From: Breznakia blatticola
Lineage (GTDB): Bacteria; Bacillota_I; Bacilli_A; Erysipelotrichales; Erysipelotrichaceae
Assembly: GCF_004365815.1 (NCBI RefSeq)
Contig: NZ_SODD01000024.1
Span: 2,185 to 34,184 of the forward strand
Direction of reading: 5' to 3'
DNA: 32,000 bases
A model generated the notes under the pieces. That model was given only the letters and a program-made list of their open reading frames with translations. It had not been told where the DNA came from and ran no database searches. This document shows, piece by piece, positions 16,961 through 24,504 of this stretch (position 1 is the first letter of the stretch; each line of letters begins with the position of its first letter). Made by a program: the position numbers and the translations under genes.

Positions 16961-18232
16961 TTATCCAAAAAATGACAATTGATCAATACTTTTAGTATTT
17001 TTCTTACTTTCATTTATTATCTTTTGTTCATTTTTCAGCAATTGAGAGAATTTCTCAGATATTTTTCTATATTTAACTAATCTTGGCTCAATATCTTTGC
17101 AAACAGTTTTTGCTTCTGAGATTTCCTCTTTTTCTGATACTGTTAATTTCTCATTTTTATATTGCTCTAGTGTATTAATTAAATCATTTATATTCTTTAG
17201 ATTTTTAACCATCATTTCCCCATTAATGACATAGAAAAACTTAACATACTTATTATTTAATAATAGTTGAATTGTATTCCTTAGAGTACCTGAGCTAACT
17301 TCTATTGCACCGTATCTATTTATAATAATTGGCTTAAATATTGACAATCCCCAATCCGCGACTTCAGCCATTTGTCTATCTTTTTGCATTTGTTGTTGCT
17401 GTCGTTTAAGCAATTCATCAACCTCAATTGTTTCTAATTCCCACTCAGGTTCTATTTTTACTCGGGGAGTTTGCTTGATAGTATAGATTTTTACATTTGT
17501 ATATTTGGGAGAGGATCTTAAATAATCAATTATTTCATTATCAACACCTTTCTTTGAATCTCCAATAACTATTCTTATATTTTGTTTTATTATTGATTTC
17601 AGGGATTCTTGAATGATTTCGGGAATTTCATTTTGTGTTCTCGAACCAGAAATAAAAACTGTTTTTACCCTTGATTTGTTCATTTTCATTGACTTCAATT
17701 CATTTTCTATAATGCCTGATTTTGCTTGGTATTTATCCGATATTAACAAAATTCTATCATTAGCAATTGCACTCCGCACATCAGCATAACTAAGTAAAGT
17801 GTTAATTGGTCTATCTGTTATGAAGATAACAGAAGAAGTACATTGTTTAAAATCGGAATATGAAACTGTAATATTGGGATTGCTTATCGTAAGTAACTTT
17901 TCATTTCCAATGATAAAATACAAGTTGTTTTTTCTAATGAACTTACTCGTTATTTCTTTGGACAACTTCTGCGACTTAGAAAAGAAAACTTTTATACCTC
18001 TTTGTGAAAGTTCTTCTAATCTAAGACTTAGTTTTATCCCTTGATTTAATTGGTTAGTGATTTTATTTCTTAAATCATCTGGCATAGAAATTTTGCTAAT
18101 GTGATCCCTCTCAATAAATTCATTAATGTTATAGTTTACAAGTTTATCTTTTTCTATATCATTTAATGTACTGTCCAACAAATCACTTTCTAAAGCTATA
18201 AGTATTTTTTCAATTGCACTATACTGTGACAT
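16961..18232 (-). CDS. DprA/SLOG-like protein (degenerate DprA-like N-terminal half, DUF2493/YpsA-type SLOG Rossmann module, coiled-coil tail)
   Basis: VFISGSRTQNEI...IRIVIGDSKKGVDNEIIDYL and later ADWGLSIF...SSGTLRNTIQLL follow the SLOG/DUF2493 pattern (GGR ... hGGAxGaD ... GT). The N-terminal GIKVFFSKSQKLSKEI...LYFIIGNEKLL resembles the DprA lead-in. Start ATG 18232 has GGAGGG upstream and lies 1 nt after the RecQ stop (TAG-T-ATG). Confidence 0.55.
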   Translation of the reverse strand: MSQYSAIEKILIALESDLLDSTLNDIEKDKLVNYNINEFIERDHISKISMPDDLRNKITNQLNQGIKLSLRLEELSQRGIKVFFSKSQKLSKEITSKFIRKNNLYFIIGNEKLLTISNPNITVSYSDFKQCTSSVIFITDRPINTLLSYADVRSAIANDRILLISDKYQAKSGIIENELKSMKMNKSRVKTVFISGSRTQNEIPEIIQESLKSIIKQNIRIVIGDSKKGVDNEIIDYLRSSPKYTNVKIYTIKQTPRVKIEPEWELETIEVDELLKRQQQQMQKDRQMAEVADWGLSIFKPIIINRYGAIEVSSGTLRNTIQLLLNNKYVKFFYVINGEMMVKNLKNINDLINTLEQYKNEKLTVSEKEEISEAKTVCKDIEPRLVKYRKISEKFSQLLKNEQKIINESKKNTKSIDQLSFFG

Positions 18233-18233
18233 A

Positions 18234-20288
18234 CTAATTCCCTCCTGTTTTAACGAGTGCAAATGGATAAACAACAGTTGCACCAGCCTTTAACAATTCA
18301 GACGCAATTACAGTAAATGTCCATCTAGAATCAACCATATCATCAACCAACAAAATTCTTTTCCCTTGAATATATGTTTTGTTTATAGAAATTGTATTTT
18401 GAATATTCTCTTGCTGAAATCCGGAACTCAATAGTGTTTTTTGCTCTTTACCTTCTGCGTTTTTCTTTACAGCATTAATATACTGGATATTCAAATCGTT
18501 CGCTAAAGCGACAGAAAAGTTAGTCACCAAATTAGGTCTTCTTATACTTGGTACAGATACTATTAAATTAATAGTATCAACAGCCTTCCGTCTCTTTAAA
18601 AAATTCACCGAATGATTAACTAATTTAGTTGAAAATACACAATCATCGTATTTTTCTTTTTTCACTAGTTGCCCAATCTCTGAATAATAATCATTAGATA
18701 ACACCCAGCCTTCTTGCATTACTTCATTATTTGGTATACGTGCGCCTGTTGACCATTGTTTTCTTGGGAGTATCTTTCCGTGTCTGTTCGTCATATATTT
18801 AGAAGCACTTTTATACGCATTCAAAGAAAAATCTGTCTTCATTACCTTATGACCTACACAATTTGCGCAAATCCCACACGACTCAGCAAAATCAGGTGCA
18901 TTTAATTCATCTGCTATAAATTTCATACTACATGAAGATGTCGTTAAGTATTCTTTCAACTTTTTTAACTCACTTTTTCTAGTTATATTGAGGTTTTCTT
19001 GTTTTATTCTTTCTTTCTCCTTATCAAAATGATTTGTCAAATTTGTACGATAATAAGACTTGTCTTTATAAATATAATCATGTACAAGCAAATAGTTTAA
19101 TCCAACTTTTACTTTTGATGCTTTTGCATTTATTCTAGAATACAAATCATAATATTTTATCCCATCCGTTGCATATGAAATAATTTCACTTAACAAATCA
19201 GGCTTAGAGCAGGTTTCTTCCATAAAATATGTAAGAATTTCTTCATCTTCCGCTCCATGCAATAGAATGGCATATGCTAATTGTCCGTCTCTACCTGCTC
19301 GACCGATTTGTTGATAATAGGCAATTAAATTTGAGGGTAGTTGATAATGTATTACAAATCTAATGTCAGATTTATCATACCCCATCCCCAACTTCACTGT
19401 GGCAACTAGAATTCGTATTTCTCCTTGATCAAACAGCTCAAGATTCCTCTGTGAAGCATTGGGTTCTAAACCCGAATGATAAGAAGCAACACTTAAATCG
19501 TTTTGGTTAAGAAATTCGGCAACATTATCACAATCTCTCTGTGTTAAACAATAAATAATTCCCTGACCCTTATTTAATTTCTCATTATCTTGTAGATTAT
19601 CAAGTATCCACGCTAGTCTTTCTTCACGAGTTTGCTTTGGATTTACTTGTATACTCAAATTATCTCTAATTAAATTACCTCTAACAATTTCTAAATCTTC
19701 TCCTAATTGATTTTTAATATCATTAATGACTCTATTATTTGCTGTTGCAGTTGTTCCTAATATGGATATATCAACTGGCAAGTTATCTAAAAGCTTTACA
19801 ATTCTTTGGTAATCAGGTCTAAAATCATGTCCCCAATCCGAAATAGAATGCGCTTCATCTACAACAAAGAGCTTTATGTTACTTATATTGTAAAAATTAC
19901 TCATAAATACTCCATTTGATAGTCTTTCAGGAGATATAATTAATGCATCATATCTATTAAGATCCTCATAAATTCGATCCCAATCATTTTTATTATCACT
20001 ATTAATTGTTACGATATTTAAACCAATTTTTTTTGCTGTGTCAATCTGATTCTTCATTAAAGACAATAATGGACTGATAATAATTGATGGTCCTGATCCA
20101 CGTTCTCTTAAAATTTTAGTAGCAATAAAATATACTATAGATTTTCCCCATCCTGTTCTTTGAACAACTAAAGTTTTTTTCTTCTCCAAAACCGAAACAA
20201 TTGCACTTAATTGGCCATCTCTAAATTCTGCATTTTCACCATATGTAGATTTTAATATTTGAATAGCTCTGTCCTTGTTATTTAACAC
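18234..20288 (-). CDS. RecQ-family DNA helicase fused to a C-terminal ComF/ComFC-type phosphoribosyltransferase-like domain
   Basis: RecQ motifs: FRDGQ, QRTGWGKS, VVDEAHSISDWGHDFRPDY, GTTATAN, YHSG, VATVKLGMGYDKSDIRFVIHYQLP, YYQQIGRAGRDG. Cys cluster CSMK...CGICANC. C-terminal ...SSGFQQENIQNTISIN...GKRILLVDDMVDSRWTFTV...AGATVVYPFALV matches the PRTase/ComF signature. GTG start with GGAGG 7 nt upstream. Confidence 0.85.
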   Translation of the reverse strand: MLNNKDRAIQILKSTYGENAEFRDGQLSAIVSVLEKKKTLVVQRTGWGKSIVYFIATKILRERGSGPSIIISPLLSLMKNQIDTAKKIGLNIVTINSDNKNDWDRIYEDLNRYDALIISPERLSNGVFMSNFYNISNIKLFVVDEAHSISDWGHDFRPDYQRIVKLLDNLPVDISILGTTATANNRVINDIKNQLGEDLEIVRGNLIRDNLSIQVNPKQTREERLAWILDNLQDNEKLNKGQGIIYCLTQRDCDNVAEFLNQNDLSVASYHSGLEPNASQRNLELFDQGEIRILVATVKLGMGYDKSDIRFVIHYQLPSNLIAYYQQIGRAGRDGQLAYAILLHGAEDEEILTYFMEETCSKPDLLSEIISYATDGIKYYDLYSRINAKASKVKVGLNYLLVHDYIYKDKSYYRTNLTNHFDKEKERIKQENLNITRKSELKKLKEYLTTSSCSMKFIADELNAPDFAESCGICANCVGHKVMKTDFSLNAYKSASKYMTNRHGKILPRKQWSTGARIPNNEVMQEGWVLSNDYYSEIGQLVKKEKYDDCVFSTKLVNHSVNFLKRRKAVDTINLIVSVPSIRRPNLVTNFSVALANDLNIQYINAVKKNAEGKEQKTLLSSGFQQENIQNTISINKTYIQGKRILLVDDMVDSRWTFTVIASELLKAGATVVYPFALVKTGGN

Positions 20289-20324
20289 ACTTTTTCCTCC
20301 ATTTCTTACTTTAAATATGCAAAC

Positions 20325-20333
20325 ATTATATCA
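20325..20333 (-). promoter_or_regulatory. extended -10 element (TGATATAAT) upstream of the RecQ-PRTase operon
   Basis: Minus-strand ccgTGaTATAATgtttgc sits about 35 nt before the GTG start. Only a weak -35 (TTAATA) was found. Confidence 0.45.
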
Positions 20334-20888
20334 CGGTAAGCAAGTGAATATTAAGAAGTTTCATCATTTAATAAAGACGAAAATAGTATCACATGATAGA
20401 AAAAAAGTTACTATCATTAATAGTATGATATTTTAGATTAACTAATCAAAAACAAGAGGATGTTTTGTCCCATAGAAAAACCCAATAACATAAAAATGTG
20501 CTTATTGATGTATCTTGAATAATTATAATGACTTAGCAATACTTATAACCGTGATTATAGAGAGTGTAAAATAAACTGTATAAGTCGAGAGTGTACGGCT
20601 CTGCTACACATTTTTTTATTATCTATTGCTATATAGACTGCTTCGACTTGCATTTTTGTTACCACTACATTTCGATAAACATCCACCTATGTCTCATACA
20701 ATTAGTAGTGCGCCATATCAACTATCTATAATTTCAGTATAATCTATGAAAATATCTCTGAGTTCTATATCTTCTTTATCAATTTGATACCAACATTTAT
20801 ACATTTCGCTTTTGCTACCTTTAGCTAATAAATCAAAGTTGGCATGCAAATACTTATTTGTATCAGCTGTTTATTGTAATTTAAAAGT

Positions 20889-21187
20889 GGACCACTTTCA
20901 TGGCATGTTGCCATTGAAAAAGGGACCACTTATTTTTTTATTCCGGTGTATGAAATAATATAATCCGGAGGTGAAGGAGTGATAAAACTAATGAAAAAAA
21001 ACGAGAGATTATTGTAAGCGTAAAATAACTAGCGCAACCTAAAAAGAACTAAGGTAACTCGTTTGAGTGTTATCTTTAGTCTTTTATTTTGGTCTTTTTT
21101 GCACATAGCATTCTTTGGATAAATCAGAGCTCGTTGGTAAAACATCAACTAGCTTAACATTGATGCTAGTATAAAAATAGGACCACT
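20889..21187. repeat. three direct copies of AAAA-N(1-2)-GGACCACT
   Basis: ggaccact occurs at 20889-20896, 20923-20930 and 21180-21187, each preceded by an A-run. The first two flank the small palindrome atggca-tgt-tgccat (20902-20916). The third lies just upstream of the IS3 orfA promoter and may mark the IS left end. Confidence 0.5.
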
Positions 21188-21641
21188 GAAACAGAGATTT
21201 TCCGACATTTGGTATAATGTAAGTAGATGGACGTACAGATAACTAGAGGAGGTGTTATCAATGTCAAAAGGCAAACAATACACTAAACAATTTAAGCTAG
21301 ATGCAGTTCAATATCATCTTAATCATCCAGAAATATCCATCAAGCAATGTGCCAATAACTTGAATATTGGATATAGTACATTAGGTAAATGGATTCAAGA
21401 GTTCAAAAATAGTGGCGATATTAATGTTCGTGGTAGTGGTAATTATGCAAGTGATGAAGCGAAAGAAAATGCAAGACTACGAAAAGAGTTGAAGGACACA
21501 AAAGATGCTTTAGAAATCTTAAAAAAAGCAATGAGCATACTGGTCGATTAACTGAGAGAAAATATGTTGCAACGAAAAAATCTAAAGAAGAAGACGCATC
21601 GATCTCTGTTAACAGTGTGCTAAGAATACTCGGTGTGTCAA
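21180..21641 (+). mobile_element. truncated IS3-family insertion sequence (left end, orfA, frameshift site, first ~40 codons of orfB)
   Basis: An orfA with HTH and leucine-zipper-like RLRKELKDTKDALEILKKA. A7G slippery run at 21521-21528. The -1 frame continues into ...ISVNSVLRILGVS, which is typical of an IS3 OrfB N-terminus, then degenerates. No DDE domain and no right end were found. Confidence 0.7.
21261..21551 (+). CDS. IS3-family transposase OrfA (HTH protein)
   Basis: MSKGKQYTKQFKLDAVQYH... is a typical IS3/IS150-group OrfA. ATG 21261 has GGAGG upstream, and the extended -10 TGGTATAAT lies at 21210-21218. Confidence 0.8.
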   Translation: MSKGKQYTKQFKLDAVQYHLNHPEISIKQCANNLNIGYSTLGKWIQEFKNSGDINVRGSGNYASDEAKENARLRKELKDTKDALEILKKAMSILVD

Positions 21642-21691
21642 ACATCAGAAAAGAGATTTGTAAACATCTAGTTATTTTTTTGTATTATTAA
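21521..21691 (+). pseudogene. remnant of IS3 transposase orfB (N-terminal fragment only)
   Basis: The -1 frame from the slippery site reads KKSNEHTGRLTERKYVATKKSKEEDASISVNSVLRILGVSNIRKEICKHLVIFLYY*. Similarity to OrfB ends near 21640. The catalytic DDE region is absent. Confidence 0.6.
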
Positions 21692-21717
21692 CAAATTATT
21701 GGATCATTATCATATTC

Positions 21718-22617
21718 TTATATATCATTCAATCTTTCTTTAACTGTTTCTAGTGTTGGTATTGATACATAACTCCCAATGGTTTCGGTAGATATTGAAG
21801 CTGCCATTGAACTATAGATAAGTGCTTGTCTAAGCGCAAATTCATTATGAATGCAATAAGCAAATGCACCATGAAAGATATCTCCTGCTCCTGTTGTATC
21901 TATTGTATTTGTTAGAAAAGCAGGCAAATGTATTATCTTTTCATTTTCCTGATAATAACATCCCTTATCTCCAAATGTTATTACTATACAATTTGGATTA
22001 AGTTTTGATAGTTTTTCAAATGCATCATTAATATCATCATTATTATCTGGATTTAATTCCCTATTACAGTATTGTTGGGCAAAGTCTTGCGAACACACTA
22101 AGTAATCTACTAATGTACACATCTCATGTTTTTCTTGGTTATATGATCCTGCATCCATCACTGTAATTGCATCACTATATTTTTTCATTGTTGGTAAGGC
22201 AACACTTAAGAAATGTCCATCTACTAAAATAACCTTAGGTTCACTATCAAAAGATGGAATATCTAATACTTCTTCTTTTTCATCATAAGTTACTATTGTT
22301 CGATTACCATTTACTTTATTTGTAATTATTGTACTTATTGGTGTTGAATATTCTTTAGATATCATCATTGAACTTAATTTAATACTTGTTTTACTATCGA
22401 GTTCTTTCATGATTTTATCACCATAAAAGTCTGTTCCTAGCCTTGATACTAAATATGTATCTTCATTCCATAATGAACATAGGGCTGCTGAATTAGCTGC
22501 AGGACCACCAATACATTCCATTTTTTCTTTTGTTTTATACTTCTTATTTTCTGATATTTCTTCTTCAATTAAAAATGTCACATCATAGACTGTTTGTCCT
22601 ATACATGCTATTGCCAT
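21718..22617 (-). CDS. PfkB-family carbohydrate kinase (ribokinase/1-phosphofructokinase-like)
   Basis: N-terminal IGQTVYDV...GGPAANSA and C-terminal DTTGAGDIFHGAFAY (PfkB signature 2). GGAGG RBS inside the end of the upstream gene. Confidence 0.85.
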   Translation of the reverse strand: MAIACIGQTVYDVTFLIEEEISENKKYKTKEKMECIGGPAANSAALCSLWNEDTYLVSRLGTDFYGDKIMKELDSKTSIKLSSMMISKEYSTPISTIITNKVNGNRTIVTYDEKEEVLDIPSFDSEPKVILVDGHFLSVALPTMKKYSDAITVMDAGSYNQEKHEMCTLVDYLVCSQDFAQQYCNRELNPDNNDDINDAFEKLSKLNPNCIVITFGDKGCYYQENEKIIHLPAFLTNTIDTTGAGDIFHGAFAYCIHNEFALRQALIYSSMAASISTETIGSYVSIPTLETVKERLNDI

Positions 22618-22619
22618 GA

Positions 22620-23228
22620 TTATCCTCCAATTATCTTATCTAATACTGTAAAGAGTTGCTTATATTCTATTTTATTATAATCTGTAACATCTAATTCTAC
22701 TAGTTGACCTAGTTGGAAAGTATCATATCCTCGATTTTTACATCTATCAATAAATACATCATATGTTAGTAATGCATCTGCTTGTGAACGGTCATTTAAT
22801 ACATCTCCTTTATGATAAGAATTCATTACATGTCCTAGATGACGATCATTAGCTAAATCTCTTGTTTTTTGTCTATCGTATAAAACATCTAAATCACCAA
22901 GTAAGCGAATTGTTAAAATAGAAAAATTATATTTATTTGCTAGTTCTTCTAATTTATCTTTTTGTTTATTACTAAAAGGATAATCAATAATTACATATTC
23001 ACTATTACTCATGGTTTTATCTAAAATAATATAAAAATCATTTAATGCTTGAATATTAACTTCTAACTTTTCATCATTTGTATTATAGCCATATTCATCC
23101 CAATACTTTTCTTTTAGTTCATCAAAAGATAACCATTTCATATTTTTATATTTATCTATAATCATTTTAGTAAGATATGATTTCCCTGTTCCTGGCAATC
23201 CTCCTACTAATACCATTACTTTATTCAT
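22620..23228 (-). CDS. P-loop NTPase / small-molecule kinase-like protein (AAA_33/zeta-toxin-like fold)
   Basis: Walker A VLVGGLPGTGKSYL at the N-terminus, a hydrophobic strand plus Asp (YVIIDYP), 202 aa. GGAGG RBS. Confidence 0.6.
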   Translation of the reverse strand: MNKVMVLVGGLPGTGKSYLTKMIIDKYKNMKWLSFDELKEKYWDEYGYNTNDEKLEVNIQALNDFYIILDKTMSNSEYVIIDYPFSNKQKDKLEELANKYNFSILTIRLLGDLDVLYDRQKTRDLANDRHLGHVMNSYHKGDVLNDRSQADALLTYDVFIDRCKNRGYDTFQLGQLVELDVTDYNKIEYKQLFTVLDKIIGG

Positions 23229-23246
23229 TTATACCTCCATATATAC

Positions 23247-23271
23247 AAAAGGCTAGCATTGCTAGCCTTTT
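23247..23271 (-). terminator. intra-cluster hairpin terminator/attenuator between the aldolase and P-loop kinase genes
   Basis: Perfect stem aaaaggctagc (23247-23257) / gctagcctttt (23261-23271) with a 3-nt loop and T-runs on both sides. It sits in the 47-nt gap between the stop at 23276 and the start at 23228. Confidence 0.7.
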
Positions 23272-23275
23272 TGCT

Positions 23276-24118
23276 TTAGATATTTTTAAATAGGCTAATT
23301 TTCTTCTCAACTACATTAGTAATTGCTTCTAAAGCAGGCATAACATTATCTCTATTGGATACATTTTCTGCATGACTATCATATAATTCAGTTGATAACC
23401 TATTCCATGTCACAAGAAGTTCTGTTCCTACATTGAATTTTCTAATTCCTTGTTGGATTACTTTCTTTACATCTTCGTCTTTTACTCCAGTTCCACCATG
23501 GATAACTAAAGGAATTTCAACTACTTCTTTAATTTCTTGTAAGCGTTCAAAACTAATATTAGTTTTTGCTTTATATGAACCATGTGAAGTACCTACAGCG
23601 ATTGCAAGTGCATCAACACCTGTTTGCTTTACAAATTCAATTGCATCTTGTGGATTAGTATAATGAATATCTTGTTCTGCAACTTCGATTCCATCTTCAG
23701 TTCCACCTACTGTACCTAATTCACCTTCAACACTTACATTGAATTTTTTTGCGTAATCAACAACTCTTTTAGTTCCTAAAATATTCTCTTTTAATGGTAA
23801 TGATGATCCATCAAACATAACTGAGCTATATCCTGCGTCAATTGCTTTTTTGATTTCATTGAAATCTTTAGCATGATCTAAATGTAATACAACATTTACG
23901 CCATAAGTTTCACCCATTGCCTTACAAACTGACACTAAGTTTTCATGTCCAATAAAGTTAGCTGTTCCACAGCTAGTTTGAATAATTACAGGAGTTTTTT
24001 GATTTACTGCTGCTTGTATTATAGCTGGTAACATTTCTAAGTTATGTGTGTTAAATGCTCCTATTGCCATATTTAATTCGTTTGCTTCTTTTAATACTTC
24101 TCTTAAATTTGTATACAT
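23276..24118 (-). CDS. class II fructose/tagatose-bisphosphate aldolase family protein
   Basis: AIGAFNTHNLE, VIIQTS, LHLDHAKD, MFDGS, EGELG and IHGGTG are the metal-dependent class II aldolase motifs (FbaA/GatY/KbaY family). Confidence 0.85.
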   Translation of the reverse strand: MYTNLREVLKEANELNMAIGAFNTHNLEMLPAIIQAAVNQKTPVIIQTSCGTANFIGHENLVSVCKAMGETYGVNVVLHLDHAKDFNEIKKAIDAGYSSVMFDGSSLPLKENILGTKRVVDYAKKFNVSVEGELGTVGGTEDGIEVAEQDIHYTNPQDAIEFVKQTGVDALAIAVGTSHGSYKAKTNISFERLQEIKEVVEIPLVIHGGTGVKDEDVKKVIQQGIRKFNVGTELLVTWNRLSTELYDSHAENVSNRDNVMPALEAITNVVEKKISLFKNI

Positions 24119-24495
24119 TAAATTTTTCCTCTTATTACATCTTTTGATAACTGCATTAATGAATCAATCTTATTCAAATAATATTGAATTTGATCATTGT
24201 CTTTACTTTCAGCCGCTTCGCGGCGTTTGACATTGTATAAACTCATTAAGCGGTTATAATTAGCCCCTAATGTTTTATCTATATCTAAACATTTTTCATA
24301 GTAGTTGATTGCGTCATCATAGTTTTTAAGTAATTCATATTGTTTAGCAATATCAGCATAAGCTTGCCCATTAGAATCATCACTAAGTTCACTTTTAAGT
24401 TTCTCTATTTCTTTCGTGAGTGCTTCTACATCTATTTCAACTACTTCTTCTTGCCTAACCTCTACTTTTTTCTTTTCCTTCTTTTTAAAAAACAT
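24118..24495 (-). CDS. small Lys/Glu-rich protein with one TPR-like helical repeat, function unknown
   Basis: 125 aa. N-terminus FFKKKEKKKVEV and a coiled-coil segment, then AYADIAKQYELLKNYDDAINYYEKCLDID (TPR-like). Its stop overlaps the aldolase ATG (TAATG). No clear RBS. Confidence 0.5.
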   Translation of the reverse strand: MFFKKKEKKKVEVRQEEVVEIDVEALTKEIEKLKSELSDDSNGQAYADIAKQYELLKNYDDAINYYEKCLDIDKTLGANYNRLMSLYNVKRREAAESKDNDQIQYYLNKIDSLMQLSKDVIRGKI

Positions 24496-24504
24496 GTAAT
24501 CTTA

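Noticed and set aside
18233-18283. The track start of the SLOG-like ORF (18283), which overlaps the RecQ gene by 50 nt. Similar long-start variants occur at 1749, 5292, 9626, 13808, 15173 and 21252.
   Set aside because: In each case an internal ATG with a strong GGAGG-type RBS lies just after the upstream stop codon. The longer versions use TTG/GTG or lack an RBS and would overlap neighbouring genes or promoters.
20980-21018. A mini-ORF of 8-12 codons (VIKLMKKNERLL / MKKNERLL) behind a strong RBS-like ggaggtgaaggag, as a possible leader peptide.
   Set aside because: No downstream gene is present for it to regulate. It is more likely the decapitated 5' end of a lost gene, and is mentioned only within the scar-region finding.
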